A stretch of 64,000 bases of DNA from the human T2T-CHM13v2.0 reference genome, Homo sapiens, in NCBI RefSeq assembly GCF_009914755.1, contig NC_060932.1. One strand, written 5' to 3'. The notes beneath the pieces are model-generated. The model saw only the letters and a list, made by a program, of their open reading frames with translations, made no database searches and was not told the origin of the DNA. Numbering within the stretch: position 1 is the stretch's first letter; each line of letters begins with the position of its first letter. Shown piece after piece: positions 12,698 to 28,786 of this stretch. The position numbers and the translations under genes are program-made.

Positions 12698-14360
12698 AAT
12701 TAGTATCATATAAGAATACAGATGGCCACCCTTTCTTGAAAAATTAGAACAGATTTTGTTGTCATATGGCAGCAGTAGGCCACCGATGAGAGTCCTCGCC
12801 TCCTGTAGACAGGTGTCTCATGCCCTGGTGGAATACTTGGAACCCAATCAGTTCTTTTTATTTTCTGACCCTTTTTCTAATCCAACCACTTTATTTCATA
12901 GAAGAGGAAACTATCCCTTTTCTAGCAATAGTTGTGGGGGCAGAGACAAAGATGAGATGAATTGGTCAAAGTAACACAGCAAACTAGGGGCAGAGTTGGG
13001 CCTGCAATCCAAGCCCATTGCTCTTTCTATTATGTCATATTGTGAGCATCCCTGTTAAGTATCTACTGTAATAAGGATGGAATAGCAAAATGCTCCCACT
13101 CAGTTATTTCTCCAGGAGATTAAATACCATTCTCAAGGTCATGCTGTTTATAAATGGATAAAAGTAACTGGTCTTTTAATTATTTCTACATTGCACATAG
13201 TATCAAATAGTGCCAAGAAATAGTAGTCAGAAATTGAATTCAGTTAGATTGAATACTCTGTGTAAAGGTGTTTTTTTTTTTTTTAATATCACAAAAGCTT
13301 TCTCCCTGTTCATTCTTTTCATTTGGTTATATTGAATCCAGACACACACATTAACGAGATGAGCAGAGTTATACGTTGTTTTCACAGGAAATCTTCCCTT
13401 CCTCCTTCAGTTTACCTAAAAGGATGGGAAGCTGGGAAGGGCATTTGCCAGTGTATATACACACATTGATGTATATATTTATTCAGCACACATATCCATA
13501 CATATATATGTCTGTGAAACAATATGTGCTAGCTTCAGCATCTGGCTTTCTGTGAAGTCTTGACCTCTGCTCCCTTACAGCTGGGTTGGCTCAGAGTTTA
13601 CAGCAAGACTTGCAAGACTCCCTGAAGAACATATGTTTCTCAGCAGTCCCCTGTTCTCTATCCATTTTTTTGCGGGGGGAGTTGCAAAAGATTACCACCT
13701 AGGACCTCGTACTAGTAGCCCTGCTTCCCTGAAGAATTTCTCATGGCTTAAGGAATTGTCTACTAAAGACAGAGTTGGTGTGAAAAATCATGCTGTATAA
13801 TCCCCCTGTCTCCCCCTCCCTCCCCAGCTCACCCACAAAACCACTGGCAATATTTTACTTTTTAACTGCTTGTGCTCTTGTTTGTAGGAAGCTACAAAGC
13901 TCACTCTTACCCAAAGTCAGCAACCCTTTTTACATGCTTTTTCAGGTACCCGGCAAAGCAAATGGGTTGGTGACTTTGGGCAAGAGAGAGCTTTTTAGCT
14001 TCCTTGTTTCAAAGTAGCAGACAAATAAAATCAGTGGTAGTGCAAGATGCTCAGATCTGTCTTCAGTACTTGGCCCTATCACTTCCATAAGCTCTGTCTT
14101 TACAGATCTGGATTTGGCTTGGATTTGGGGAGGTCCATTCCCATTTAAAATGGTCTGCCAGCTTTACTTGTTATAGCTCCTACACACAGGTGGGAATTAG
14201 ACAGCAATGAAAAAGAAAAGGGTGCTATGATTCGTTTTCTGTTTTTGTTTTAGGGGAACATTGTGTACTTGATGTTCTAAGGGCCTACATGATAATATAA
14301 TGTTTAAAAATTAAAATGCATATTTAAGACAGTGTGCTTTAGAAAGGCACAGCTGGGCCT

Positions 14361-14481
14361 GGTTTTATAAAAGAGTTTTTATAAAAGGTTTTATAGAAGA
14401 GTTTTTATAAAAGCTTTTATAGAAGAGTTTTTATAAAAGGTTTTATAGAAGAGTTTTTATAAAAGGTTTTATAAAAGAGTT
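14361..14481. repeat. 26-bp AT-rich minisatellite, about 4.6 copies
   Basis: Unit GGTTTTATA(G/A)AAGAGTTTTTATAAAA starting at 14361, 14387, 14413, 14439 and 14465. Confidence 0.95.
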
Positions 14482-14589
14482 AAATTCCTGTAACATTGCT
14501 GGACGAGGTTGGATTCTACCAGCTGAAAGCCAGGTCATAATGGCAAGGGAAGGGAAGTTAGTTCATCAATTCACATCCACAGCTTGTTG

Positions 14590-17575
<2,986 letters not shown>

Positions 17576-17824
17576 CTGAGACAGGTAATTCGGGGCTCAC
17601 AGCCAAGGCAGATTTAATGGGAGAATATGCAGGATCCCCCTTAGCTCAGGTTTGGAGAATAAAAAAGTGGACTAAATGGCTGAAGCTGAGACCTGGAGAG
17701 GTTAAAACTGTTAAAGTAGGACCAATTTAAGTTACCAATTCAAGAACTGCAAGGTAGTACCCAGAATATAGATTAAAACTCACATGATGTTGAGCTGACT
17801 TTTATTGGGTACTTATTATTCACT

Positions 17825-18251
17825 TGTATTGATTTTCTTGGGCTGCCGTAACAAATTACCACAAACTTCATGCCTTAGAACAACCGTTTATTCTCTCACA
17901 GTTCTGGAGGCCAGAAATCTGAAACCACGGTGTTAGCAGGACCACACTCCTTCTGGAGGCTCCAGGGAAGAATTCTTACTTGTCTTTTCCAGCTTCTGGT
18001 GGTCCTTGGTGTTCTTTGAGTTGTGTCAGGATAGCTCCGATCTCCACCTCTATTTTATACGGCCTTCTCTCCTTCTCTGTGTGTCCTCTCCTCTTCTTAT
18101 AAGGACAGCAGTCACTGGGTTTAAGGCCCATCTTAAGCCACTATGATTTCATCTTAATTGTACCTGCAAAGAGCTTGTTTCCAAATAAGGTCACATTCTG
18201 AAGTTATAGGTGGAAACAAATTCTTAGGGAAACACTGTTCAAACCACTGTA
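17825..18251 (-). mobile_element. MLT1B/C-like MaLR LTR
   Basis: TGTATTGATTTTCTTGGGCTGCCGTAACAAATTACCACAAACTT...TCTCACAGTTCTGGAGGCCAGAA. Confidence 0.8.
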
Positions 18252-18308
18252 GTATTCAAACCCTTTTGGGTTTAAATTCTCATAACAACTCTCTAAGATA
18301 CTTACTAT

Positions 18309-18687
<379 letters not shown>

Positions 18688-19204
18688 TGAGACTCAGATA
18701 ACTTAATTGCCTAAGGTCATATAGCTTAGTAAGTATATTCAAATGCAAGTACAGTATATCTAACTCTACCCATCTAGTTTAATGTTTTAACTATCCCATG
18801 CTGACTCCAATCCTCACCACGTATCTGCTCAGAATAACTTATTCACTGTATAAATTTATTTGTAGTAAGAATACATGAAAATTATACCCTATCATGTTTC
18901 TGTTTCTGGATACTTTAAATAATGTGCACTGTAACTACAAGCAATATTTTTCATGATTTCCCCCGTGAAATACACTGCAACTTCCCAGCCTGGGAATGCA
19001 TTTACTTGTGTAATCTAAATTTTCTCCTTGGTTTGCATTCTCTTTTACCAAACCCCAGGCCTAGAATTTATCATTAGTGGAAAGCCACCTAGTCAACAAG
19101 GGGGTTTAAGAGTTTAAGTCGTTGTTTTGTTTTCCCTTTCTAGGAATTTAAGCACAAAATTAGACCTTTAAATTTTCTGAGCTGGTATCTATTTCTTTCT
19201 ACAG

Positions 19205-19385
19205 CTTCTCTCTTCTCTTCCCTTCTACCTCTTCTTCCTCTGGCCTGGCTCCACCTCCTCCTCCTCCTCCTCTCCTTCACACTGTCTCTTTCCTCATTCC
19301 TCCAGTTTTCTTTCTTCTCTCTCTCCCTTTCATCCCAGCCCCCATAATCTCTCTTTATCTCTGTCCCCTATCCCTCCAGCCTTTC
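19205..19385. repeat. CT-rich low-complexity tract with (CCT)n
   Basis: Almost purely pyrimidine on the + strand. Confidence 0.8.
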
Positions 19386-20944
19386 TTAATCATTTTGATA
19401 TTTGTCAAGGCCGTACCAGGAAAGCAAATATAAGCTACCTTTTTACAAAGCAGGGAAGATGTGAAGCCATAGAAAGTGAGATGTCATTATACTAAATGGA
19501 CTTTAAAACAAGCAGGTAAATGCCTTAGCAGCGTCAGCGGAGCATGTGAAACTCCCCCAGGTGGGCTACAAGAAGAAATTGTGCCTTGGACCAGTTCATG
19601 GCAGAAAGAAATAAAAGAGAGAGTATGTATCTGCTATGAAAACACTCTCTGGGTTTACAAGGCTGGGAACTTTGGGAAACAGAATTGTCATAAAAGTAAT
19701 CTGCCACCATGGCAATAGATTTCAGTGATGATGGGGGAGCGTGAGAACATAGGAACATATGTACATGTCAGTGGTTCCTATCAACAAGGATTTTATGTAA
19801 ACATCATGTGAATTTCTAGACATACCCAATGGCGGGTAAAACAAGTGCTTTTACACGACCTCAGGGTTAGGGTCATTCACACATGTTCTGGCTGCAGGCA
19901 CAACACTCGGCTCATATATTAATCTACTAGGAGGAGGGCTGCTGATTTTCCAGCTGGAGCTGCTACTTCTAGAAAGGTTATGACAGTATCACATCTTGGA
20001 TTGGAGGGCTCCATTTTTAAAGACTGACTGGGGCTTATCTACCGCTGTGAGGAAGAGACTGTGGAGTAGGAACTTGGGCCTTTGAAGGAAACCCATCAGA
20101 AAGAAGTGTGTATCCAGGTAAATTCATCTGTGATGACCCTAGACAAATCTTCATCTTATCTTCTGTTATGGTGCTGATAGTTCATTTGCATTTTTGTTTT
20201 TCTTTTATTTTAATTGGAGTTTGTTTACTGACACTGGGCATCTAACATTAATCCCATTCAGCCTGGACACCTATAGCTTCCCACACATCTGTGCTTGCTT
20301 TTGCTGTTGAGAACATTTATCCTGAGCTTTAGCAACAGCTTAATTCAAGGCTGGATATCTGAATGTGCTATAAAATCAAAACAGGATCCTCCAAGTTAAA
20401 ACATACGCAATGTTAATCCACCACTCCTTGAAACGTTCCCCCTTGCTGCTATCTGTTTAGCACGGTAAAGCTTGATTATCTTAAACCAAACAAACTAAAC
20501 TGTTAATTGCCTAGATTTTTTTTTCATATTATCTGAAAAAAGCCAAACCAAGCAAATAAATTAATTTTGGATTTATTTTAAAAAATTAGGATGGACCTTG
20601 GGACCTGTTTACATGAAGCTCAAATATTTACATCTTTTTCGTAAATAATTTGGGGTCACATACTTCAAAATTACTGATATTCAGAAAACACCAAAATAAA
20701 ACTTCAAGCCTTAAAGGAGGGAAAAAATGTACTGCAGTTTATTGCTTAAGGCAGGAAGTTCAATGACTCATTATTTAAACAAAGGAAGAAAGATTATTAT
20801 CTAAAATAAATTGAGAAAAAGGTTTTCTAGTTAGTCCTTTATTGACTGGGAAATATAGATAATGGGAACTTTTCATTGTAGAGTATTTTGTTCAAATATT
20901 ACTCTATCCCATCATCCTGAAGCTGATTACATTCAGATTTAGCT

Positions 20945-21290
20945 CATACTTTAAGAGCATTTCCAATGTCAGGTTCTGAGCTAGGTGCTTTCAACTCTGT
21001 TATGTATTAATCCTGAGAACAACTTTGAGAGGCAGCCACTGGATGGAGAAGCACAAATTCAAACATGGTATCTGATGACACAGTTTAAAGACAACTGGTC
21101 TTAAAGTTAGAAAAACTTGATTCCAGTCCCATGTAGACTACTTACAGCCTATGAATGTGTGGGTGATATTTCAACCTCTCCCTGTCTCAGTTTCCTTGTC
21201 TGTAAATTCAAGGGGGAAATATTGTTTGCAAATCTATCTTTTAGAGTTGTTTGGGGATTAAATGTAAATAAATATAAATTAATAGGTAAG
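20945..21290. mobile_element. MIR fragments
   Basis: TAATCCTGAGAACAACTTTGAGAGG and CTGTCTCAGTTTCCTTGTCTGTAAA MIR core motifs. Confidence 0.6.
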
Positions 21291-21809
21291 GGATTATAAA
21301 TAACACATTTTTCTTACAAAAGTGAGTTGATTTTAACTTATTCCTCTATCTTCCTTTCCCAAAGGCAGCCAGTCATCTTAGATAAAAGCAGTTCCCTCTT
21401 TTCCCCGGTATTATCAGCACTGCAGATGAACAAGAATGGAGCATAGAGGGCACTCGGCAGGAAAAGCCAATACTGAGATGAAAATAGATTGGATGCTGAT
21501 CTATTTTAAGATTATGTGTCTATATTGGCTCTACATTATTCCCTATCTAAAGAATCCTTCAAAGATAAACTCAAGCCTTATATCTAACAAACTGCAGCTC
21601 TGGGGCCCTGATTTGCACCCACTCTAAAGAGGGACCTAGATCCTTTAGGTCTGTGTAAAATGAAGTGCTCAATGCATTTAAAGGAGCAATATGCACAACA
21701 GCTGCAGCACAGACTCACAGCACTTACTGTGTGCCAGAACAAGTCCTGACCCGTGTAACCCTCACAACAGCCTTCTGAGGTAGCTTCTATTATGATGCCC
21801 ATTCTACTT

Positions 21810-22183
21810 TGCAAACCAAAAGTAAAATGCAAAGGTCGCCCTTCAGCCATCTAAATGGACTCCCTCCTCTCAACCAGGACACTCCAAATTTAACCTGAAA
21901 GACTGGTTCAGATTGTGGAGGGCAGTGGGAGGTCGGATGTGCCTTATTATACCCTCCTTCCTTTTGGAATTCAGGAAAAGCCGCAAAGCCTTTCACATCA
22001 ACACAGACCTTAATTCTGTTAAGAAACATTTACAATCTATTCTCTCTAAGGCCTGCTACCTGGAGGCTTCATCTGCATGATAAAATTTGGTCTCTACAAC
22101 CCCTTATCACAACCCAGACATTCCTTTCTATTGATAATAGTTCTTTCAACCAATTGCCAATCAGAAGATTTTAAAATCTACCT
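21810..22183 (+). mobile_element. MER4 (B/C-like) LTR, 5' part only
   Basis: TGCAAACCAAAAGTAAAAT...TAACCTGAAAGACTGGTTCAG...CCTTTTGGAATTCAGG; stops abruptly at AAAATCTACCT. Confidence 0.8.
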
Positions 22184-22297
22184 ACCCACAACCCAAACAC
22201 CTCCCATGAGGCCCCACCTTTCAACACTGCAGCATTGGAGATTAAATTTCAGCATGAACTTTGATGGGGACAAACTAGCCATATGCAAACCATAGCA
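22184..22297 (-). mobile_element. MST-family LTR 5' fragment
   Basis: ACCCAAACACCTCCCATGAGGCCCCACC...AAATTTCAGCATGA...CAAACCATAGCA. Confidence 0.75.
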
Positions 22298-22974
22298 GGA
22301 TAGTCAAGTTTGATGCAGACACACAAGACACAAAAATTAATTCAAGATGGAACATAGACTTAAGCATAACAGCTAAAACTGCATAGCTTCTAGAAGCAAA
22401 AATAAATATCTTCACAAACTCAGGATAGGCAAAGATGTTATGAAGCGAACATAAAAAGTACTAACCAGGAAAGTAATAAAATTAATGAATTAGACTTTAT
22501 TAAATTAAAATCTTCTTATCAGAAGACACCAATAAGAAAATAAATAAGCCACAGATTTGGAGAAAATATTAATAAAACATATGTGACAAAGGACTTTTCA
22601 TATCAAAAATACTTCTAAAACTCAATAATAAAAAGACAAATAGCTCACATAGACACAACATATATGTGCGTATATATGTATATATATCAGCAGAAGACTT
22701 CAACAGATATGTCACAAACATCTATATAATAAATATGTAATATAATAGATTATATGTATATGCGTGTGAATATGTGTGTGTATGAATGACTAATAAACAC
22801 ATAAAAAAGTATTCAGCATAAATATTTACAAGGGAAAGGCAATTTAAAATCACAATGAGATACGTACCCACTAAAATGGCTAAAATAAAAAAGATTATCA
22901 AAGCCAATCCTGTCATATGTATGGAACAACAGATACACTCATATATTGCTGGGGGAAAGAAAACAAATAATATT

Positions 22975-23032
22975 GGTTTTTGCCATTACTTTTAATGGGA
23001 AAAACTGCAGTTAGTTTTGCACCAACCTAATA
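22975..23032. mobile_element. Partial MADE1 (mariner MITE)
   Basis: GGTTTTTGCCATTACTTTTAATGG-AAAAACTGCAGTTAGTTTTGCACCAACCTAA followed by TA; left TIR missing. Confidence 0.85.
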
Positions 23033-23081
23033 TGACCACTTTGGAAAACTGTTCAGTAGTTTGTTTAAAAAGCAGTTTACT

Positions 23082-23431
<350 letters not shown>

Positions 23432-23967
23432 TCAACTTCTGAGTATTCAAGAGACATAATACGTCTACAGAACCTTGTACAAGACTTTTCATAGCAGCAT
23501 TATTCATAATGCCCAATCAGTCGATCTAGAGGAAAATGGATAAACAAACTGTAAAATATTCATGTAATGGAAAACTACTTAGCAATAAGACAGAACTTCT
23601 ATTACGTGAATCTCAAAAACATGCTAAGTGAAAGAAGCAAGATACAAAATGAGTAATTTCATACTTATGATTCCATTCTGATGAAATTCTGGAAGAGATG
23701 AAACTATTCCATGGTGCAGTGGCTGCTTTTGTGAGTGAATGGGAAGCAAGGGTGGGACTGCCTGGGAAGGGGCATGAGGTAACCCTCTAGGATGATGAAA
23801 ATGCTCCATATTTTGATAGAGGTGTGGTGTCTACATTTACCAAAACTGATGGAATTATACAGTTAAGACTTGTGTATTTTGACTTTATGTAAATTATACC
23901 TGAAATGATAGAGATATTGAGTTTAAGTAATTGCAGGCTTGTGCCAGGTTCTGAGAAGAGAGAGAAA

Positions 23968-24003
23968 GTGTGTGTGTGTGTGCGCGCACACACGCGTGCA
24001 CGC
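23968..24003. repeat. Alternating purine-pyrimidine tract (TG/CG/CA)
   Basis: GTGTGTGTGTGTGTGCGCGCACACACGCGTGCACGC. Confidence 0.9.
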
Positions 24004-25619
24004 TTATCTTGGCAACCGTGGGAGAATTATGGTGATTATAGAACCATGCCCATTTGGGGGAAGAGTGAAGAAAGATAAAAGCCACCAAATAAAACAATTC
24101 TCTTACTTTAGAATTTGTCCTAAACACCTAAAACACCTTAAAAACACAAAATGTTTTCACTAGGAATACATAAATATAATAATATTGGTTTTTACTTCAA
24201 TCTAGATGCTTACCTAGCAAGTATATGAACGTCAGGTGTAGTAAACATGACTAGGTTTCCCTACATGATGGAGATTAATTGCTTTTCAATCATTTGAAAA
24301 ATTTAAACATTCCAAATATAGCATCCTGGGCAAGCCCAAAATATCGATGCCATCTTGCTATCCTACAACCCCCAAAATAAAAATTCACAAAATATTTTTT
24401 GACATGAATGTAATCACAATCATGTAGAGATGCTAAAAAAAAGTTTCAATCAACTTGTCTGCTTTGGTGGCCTGAACAGGCATAACAGAGTTGGTGAAAA
24501 CCCTAAGTGTCAATAAATTATGTTCTGAAAACCTTTTGATTTCTTCCCTTTAGAGTACTAAGATCTAGGGCTGGCTGTGGAATTATTGCTGTGCTTGCAT
24601 TGATGTTGGTGGTTTACCATTAGTGGAAGCATTCACATTTCTGTGGGTAGACTTAGAGAGAGGATGGCAACAGACAGTGTGTGGTTAGTAAAACAAAGCC
24701 AAATGCTGTTCAGTGGAAATCCAAGCATAACCAAAATAGGTCCTTCTACAGAGAAAGTGAGTTTTTAAGCCTCAGCTGTTATATTTAGTTGATTCTGCAA
24801 GATATCAAGGAATAATGCTTGTATATATTTAACTGTGGTGAACATTTGTGGCATTTTTTTCTGGCTGAAGAGATAACTTTTTTGGTACTTGCTTACCAGT
24901 ATTATGAGCTCAATTAACTGTGGGTTCTGGTTGTGGAATCGGAATGTTGGTAGGACAGGAATTTTCAATGAGAAGCAGTCATTCAGAGCAAATATTAGGT
25001 AAGAAAGTTTACACATTGATTGATTGATTTTGGCAGCCAAAAGACCATGATGAATATTATTCATTGCTTGATTATTGTCAGTTCATGGCATTATGCATTT
25101 GGACCATGTCTGCAATGGAAAATTGAAGAAAATATAATTAGAGCTAATTCTGAGTACGTTGGTGATGTCTCTGTAAAACTCTAACATTTATCCAGTGTTC
25201 ACATTATGCCAGGCATAATAAATTCTGTATAATATTTGCTCTTCTTTGCAATACTCTATGTGCTTTATAAACTATATACATGTGAGAAAATGAAGGCTCA
25301 ATTGGTTTATACCATGTTCTATATCTAGTAAGTGACAGATTGGGAATTTAACCCCAGGATTTTTGGTTCCCAAACTTATGAGACAATGGAAAGCAATTCA
25401 CTGAAAACTGTAGCATGCTGACGGTAACTTGGTTGTTTGGCACACACACAAAACAACTATTGAGTTATTATAGTTATCATCAAAGAGCAATTTAACTACA
25501 GTAAGTGAAATGTACTTCAGTCTAAACAGATGAATCAACTATATCTTTTTGTCACCCATAACTATTAATTATTATAGCAATTGACCTTGGTACAACTTTT
25601 AAAAGTGTTTTTACAAACA

Positions 25620-25810
25620 CTACATTCCCTTCTGAATATTAGCAATGCTGAGCTGAAAATAGGAGAGACATTATTATTTTCATATTATTTTCCCATTTTA
25701 TGGATGAGGAAACTTAGGTTCAGAGAACTTTAGTAACTTCCCAAGGTCAAATAGCCAGTGAGCAGAAGTTAGAGGTGAAAATGAGTTGGTCCCACTATCC
25801 TCTTTCCAGG
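25620..25810 (-). mobile_element. MIR
   Basis: CCCATTTTATGGATGAGGAAACTTAGGTTCAGAGA...CCCAAGGTCA core. Confidence 0.75.
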
Positions 25811-26405
25811 ATGCCTCTTTGAGAAAATCACTATCTACAAAATCTCTAGCTGTTTCTTCCTCAGGGAGGGAGAACTACATTGATAATCCCCACATTACTG
25901 CTTTTGGTAGATCCAATGAACTCTAATCTCCAGGATACGCCCTTATCTCGCCTATTGTCAATAGTGGTAATGAAAAATAGGGGCTGTTTCTTGCATTCTT
26001 GAATTTGACTGTGGCAGAGCATTACGAAAGATCATTTTAGTTAACAATAAATATTCATTTGGATACAGTTAGCTCAGAAAATAACCAAACATTTCACAAA
26101 TCTGGACATTGTTTAAAGGAATTAAGATGAGTTTATAGTTGTTCTTTAAAGACAATCGAGATAGTAACTATCCTAACCATCCTAACCAGTGAAAATAATT
26201 ACTAGGAGATGTCTCCGGTGCTAGGAAATTATTTAAAGCTATTTTTATCCTGCAGTTTCATTTAGTGTTTCTCTATTGAGTGGATTATTTAAAACTGTCA
26301 GAGTTTGGTGAAACCCACTAGGCTTTTAAGAACCTTTTAATCATATAAATTGTAGATCACTACAGTTTGCCAGATTATAAAATAATTTTTAAAAAATCCT
26401 CAGGA

Positions 26406-26783
<378 letters not shown>

Positions 26784-27599
26784 TCATTTTTAATAAAGCT
26801 CCCTTAGTTACCAATCACCAGTCAAATAATGAAGCTTCATTATCATACAAGCCAAATTGATTCCTTCCAAAGTGAAGGTCTTATTTTTTTCTCTGATTAT
26901 TTATTCGCTTTGTAACCTGTCCTGAAGTTCATCTCATTATCCCCATCATTATTGAAACCACATATTGCTGATGGGCAAAAGAGTTACAAAGAAAGGAAAA
27001 TAGAGAATAGATTACTTGGAACGTAAAATAATATTTGGTTTTGTCTGCTCCTCCCCTTTTTTTGGTTTCATATATAATGATCTTGTTGATTAGGTCATTT
27101 CCTAAAGGGAGATCAATTGATGCCAGAGATTCGTTAGAGATGTGGTAGCGCATTCAAGGACAAGAGGGTTTTTTCAAATGAAGAAATTGAGGACATAGGG
27201 AGGGCTAAGGAAAAGAGGAAGGGTACTGTTGATTAATGTAATGTTTCAAAGAAACCATCAAAGACCCAGAGCAACACATGGCTTAAGCACATTGATCAGC
27301 CATTGGTAGGCACATTGCTGAGAAAGAATTCAAATACTTCTTATCCTTTGTGGCAATCATTGTCTTATTTATTTTCCTTCTGGAGTAAATTAACTGATTC
27401 AAAACACATGTATTAATTACTCTAAATAATGCCACTTACTTCTTGGAGATTACAGTGTGCTGTGCTGTTTCCTCTGCAGCAGGGCTTCCCAACCTTGGCA
27501 CCTTGGCTATCATCACAGGGCACCCTACCCTATTACCACAAAGGTATGAATGTATTCTGGGAAGAAAAAAAATCAATATCTAAACAACACAGGTTGTGA

Positions 27600-27760
27600 T
27601 TCCTTTCAATGGCTTTAAAGAGTAGGGTTATCATTGCTTACAGATGAGGAAATTGAAATTCAGGGTCTAAGTAATTGACACCAAGTCACAAAGCTAGTAA
27701 ATAGCTGAAACAAGATTAAAAATCAGGTCTGTTTGACATCAAAGCCTCTACTCTTTCCTG
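27600..27760 (-). mobile_element. MIR
   Basis: TTACAGATGAGGAAATTGA...CAAGTCACAAAGCTAGTAAATAGC. Confidence 0.7.
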
Positions 27761-28152
27761 CGTGTCCCTTGTTTTTATATTATATATTTATAGAAGTTTC
27801 TAGTTTCCCATTTATTTGACCAATCTCAATCAATAAAAAGGTGTTTATTGAGGGCCAAAGTGAATGTACCATAAAGAAATCAGTAGATAGTTTCAGCTCA
27901 GAGGAATCCACATCCTACTTGGAGAGATAAAGTTAACCATGAAGAAATAAGAAAGTAGGATAAAATCCTAACTTGTATGATACATTTGGCCAAAAATCAA
28001 ACAGCATGTATATTAAGTTACTGGTTGCATTGTAAAAAGAACCTAGAGAAAGGCAAGGCTGTTATAAATTAGCTGTATTAGACAAGATTATAGAAGTGGG
28101 AGTTGAGGAAATTAACACATACATTTTAAATTTAAATTTATGCTAAACAAGT

Positions 28153-28638
28153 TGTATTAGTTTCCTAGCGCTGTCATAACAAATAACGGAATTTATTCTC
28201 TCACAGTTCTGGAGGCCAAAATTCTAAGATCAGGGTTTCAGCAGGACCACCTGAGATCAAGACATCAATCAGCAGGAGTGCTTGATTTATAATTTTCTAG
28301 TCCAGAGGCTCCAGGAAAGTTCTGTTCTTTGCATCTTCCCGATTCTGATGGCTGTCAGTGTTCCCTGGCTTGTGGCCATGTCACTTTTATCTTTACCTCA
28401 GTCATCACATGGTCTCCTCTGTATGGGTTCATGGGTCAAATCTCCCTCTGCCTCACAATATAATAATGCTTATCATTGGAATTTGGAACTGCTCAGATAA
28501 TCCAGGATGATCTCCTCATATCAGGATCTTCAACTTGCTATATCTGCAAAGACTCTTTTCAAACAAGGTAATATTCATAGGTTTCAGGAATTTGGACATG
28601 AATGTATCTGTTGGGGGCCACCAGTTAACTCATTACAC
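28153..28638 (-). mobile_element. MLT1C/D-like MaLR LTR
   Basis: TGTATTAGTTTCCTAGCGCTGTCATAACAAA...CAGATAATCCAGGATGATCTCCTC...TCTGCAAAGACTCTTTTC. Confidence 0.8.
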
Positions 28639-28760
28639 AAGATTTGGTGTGCTTGTTAGCTTTGTCTTATAACACTTGATTTGTTTATTGGAGAAATACA
28701 ACCCCCAGACTTGGAGGAAGATACACTACAGTCATTAAGTCCACAAATTCTGGGGTCAGA

Positions 28761-28786
28761 GAGTGAGTGAGTGAGTGAGTGACTCA
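28761..28786. repeat. (GAGT)5 microsatellite in a MIR, ending in TGACTCA
   Basis: GAGTGAGTGAGTGAGTGAGTGACTCA. Confidence 0.85.

Larger units (their letters stand above)
11945..12780 (-). mobile_element. MER103C-like element interrupted by AluJ and THE1B
   Basis: GATTGCAAACTGGCAGCC...GTTTTGTTTG on the left and CTTTCTTGAAAAATTAGAACAGA on the right. Confidence 0.4.

Noticed and set aside
14361-14481. 26-bp repeats as a CRISPR or iteron array
   Set aside because: No spacers; a simple minisatellite
22975-23032. Second miR-548-type hairpin
   Set aside because: Most of the left MADE1 arm is missing, so the stem is too short
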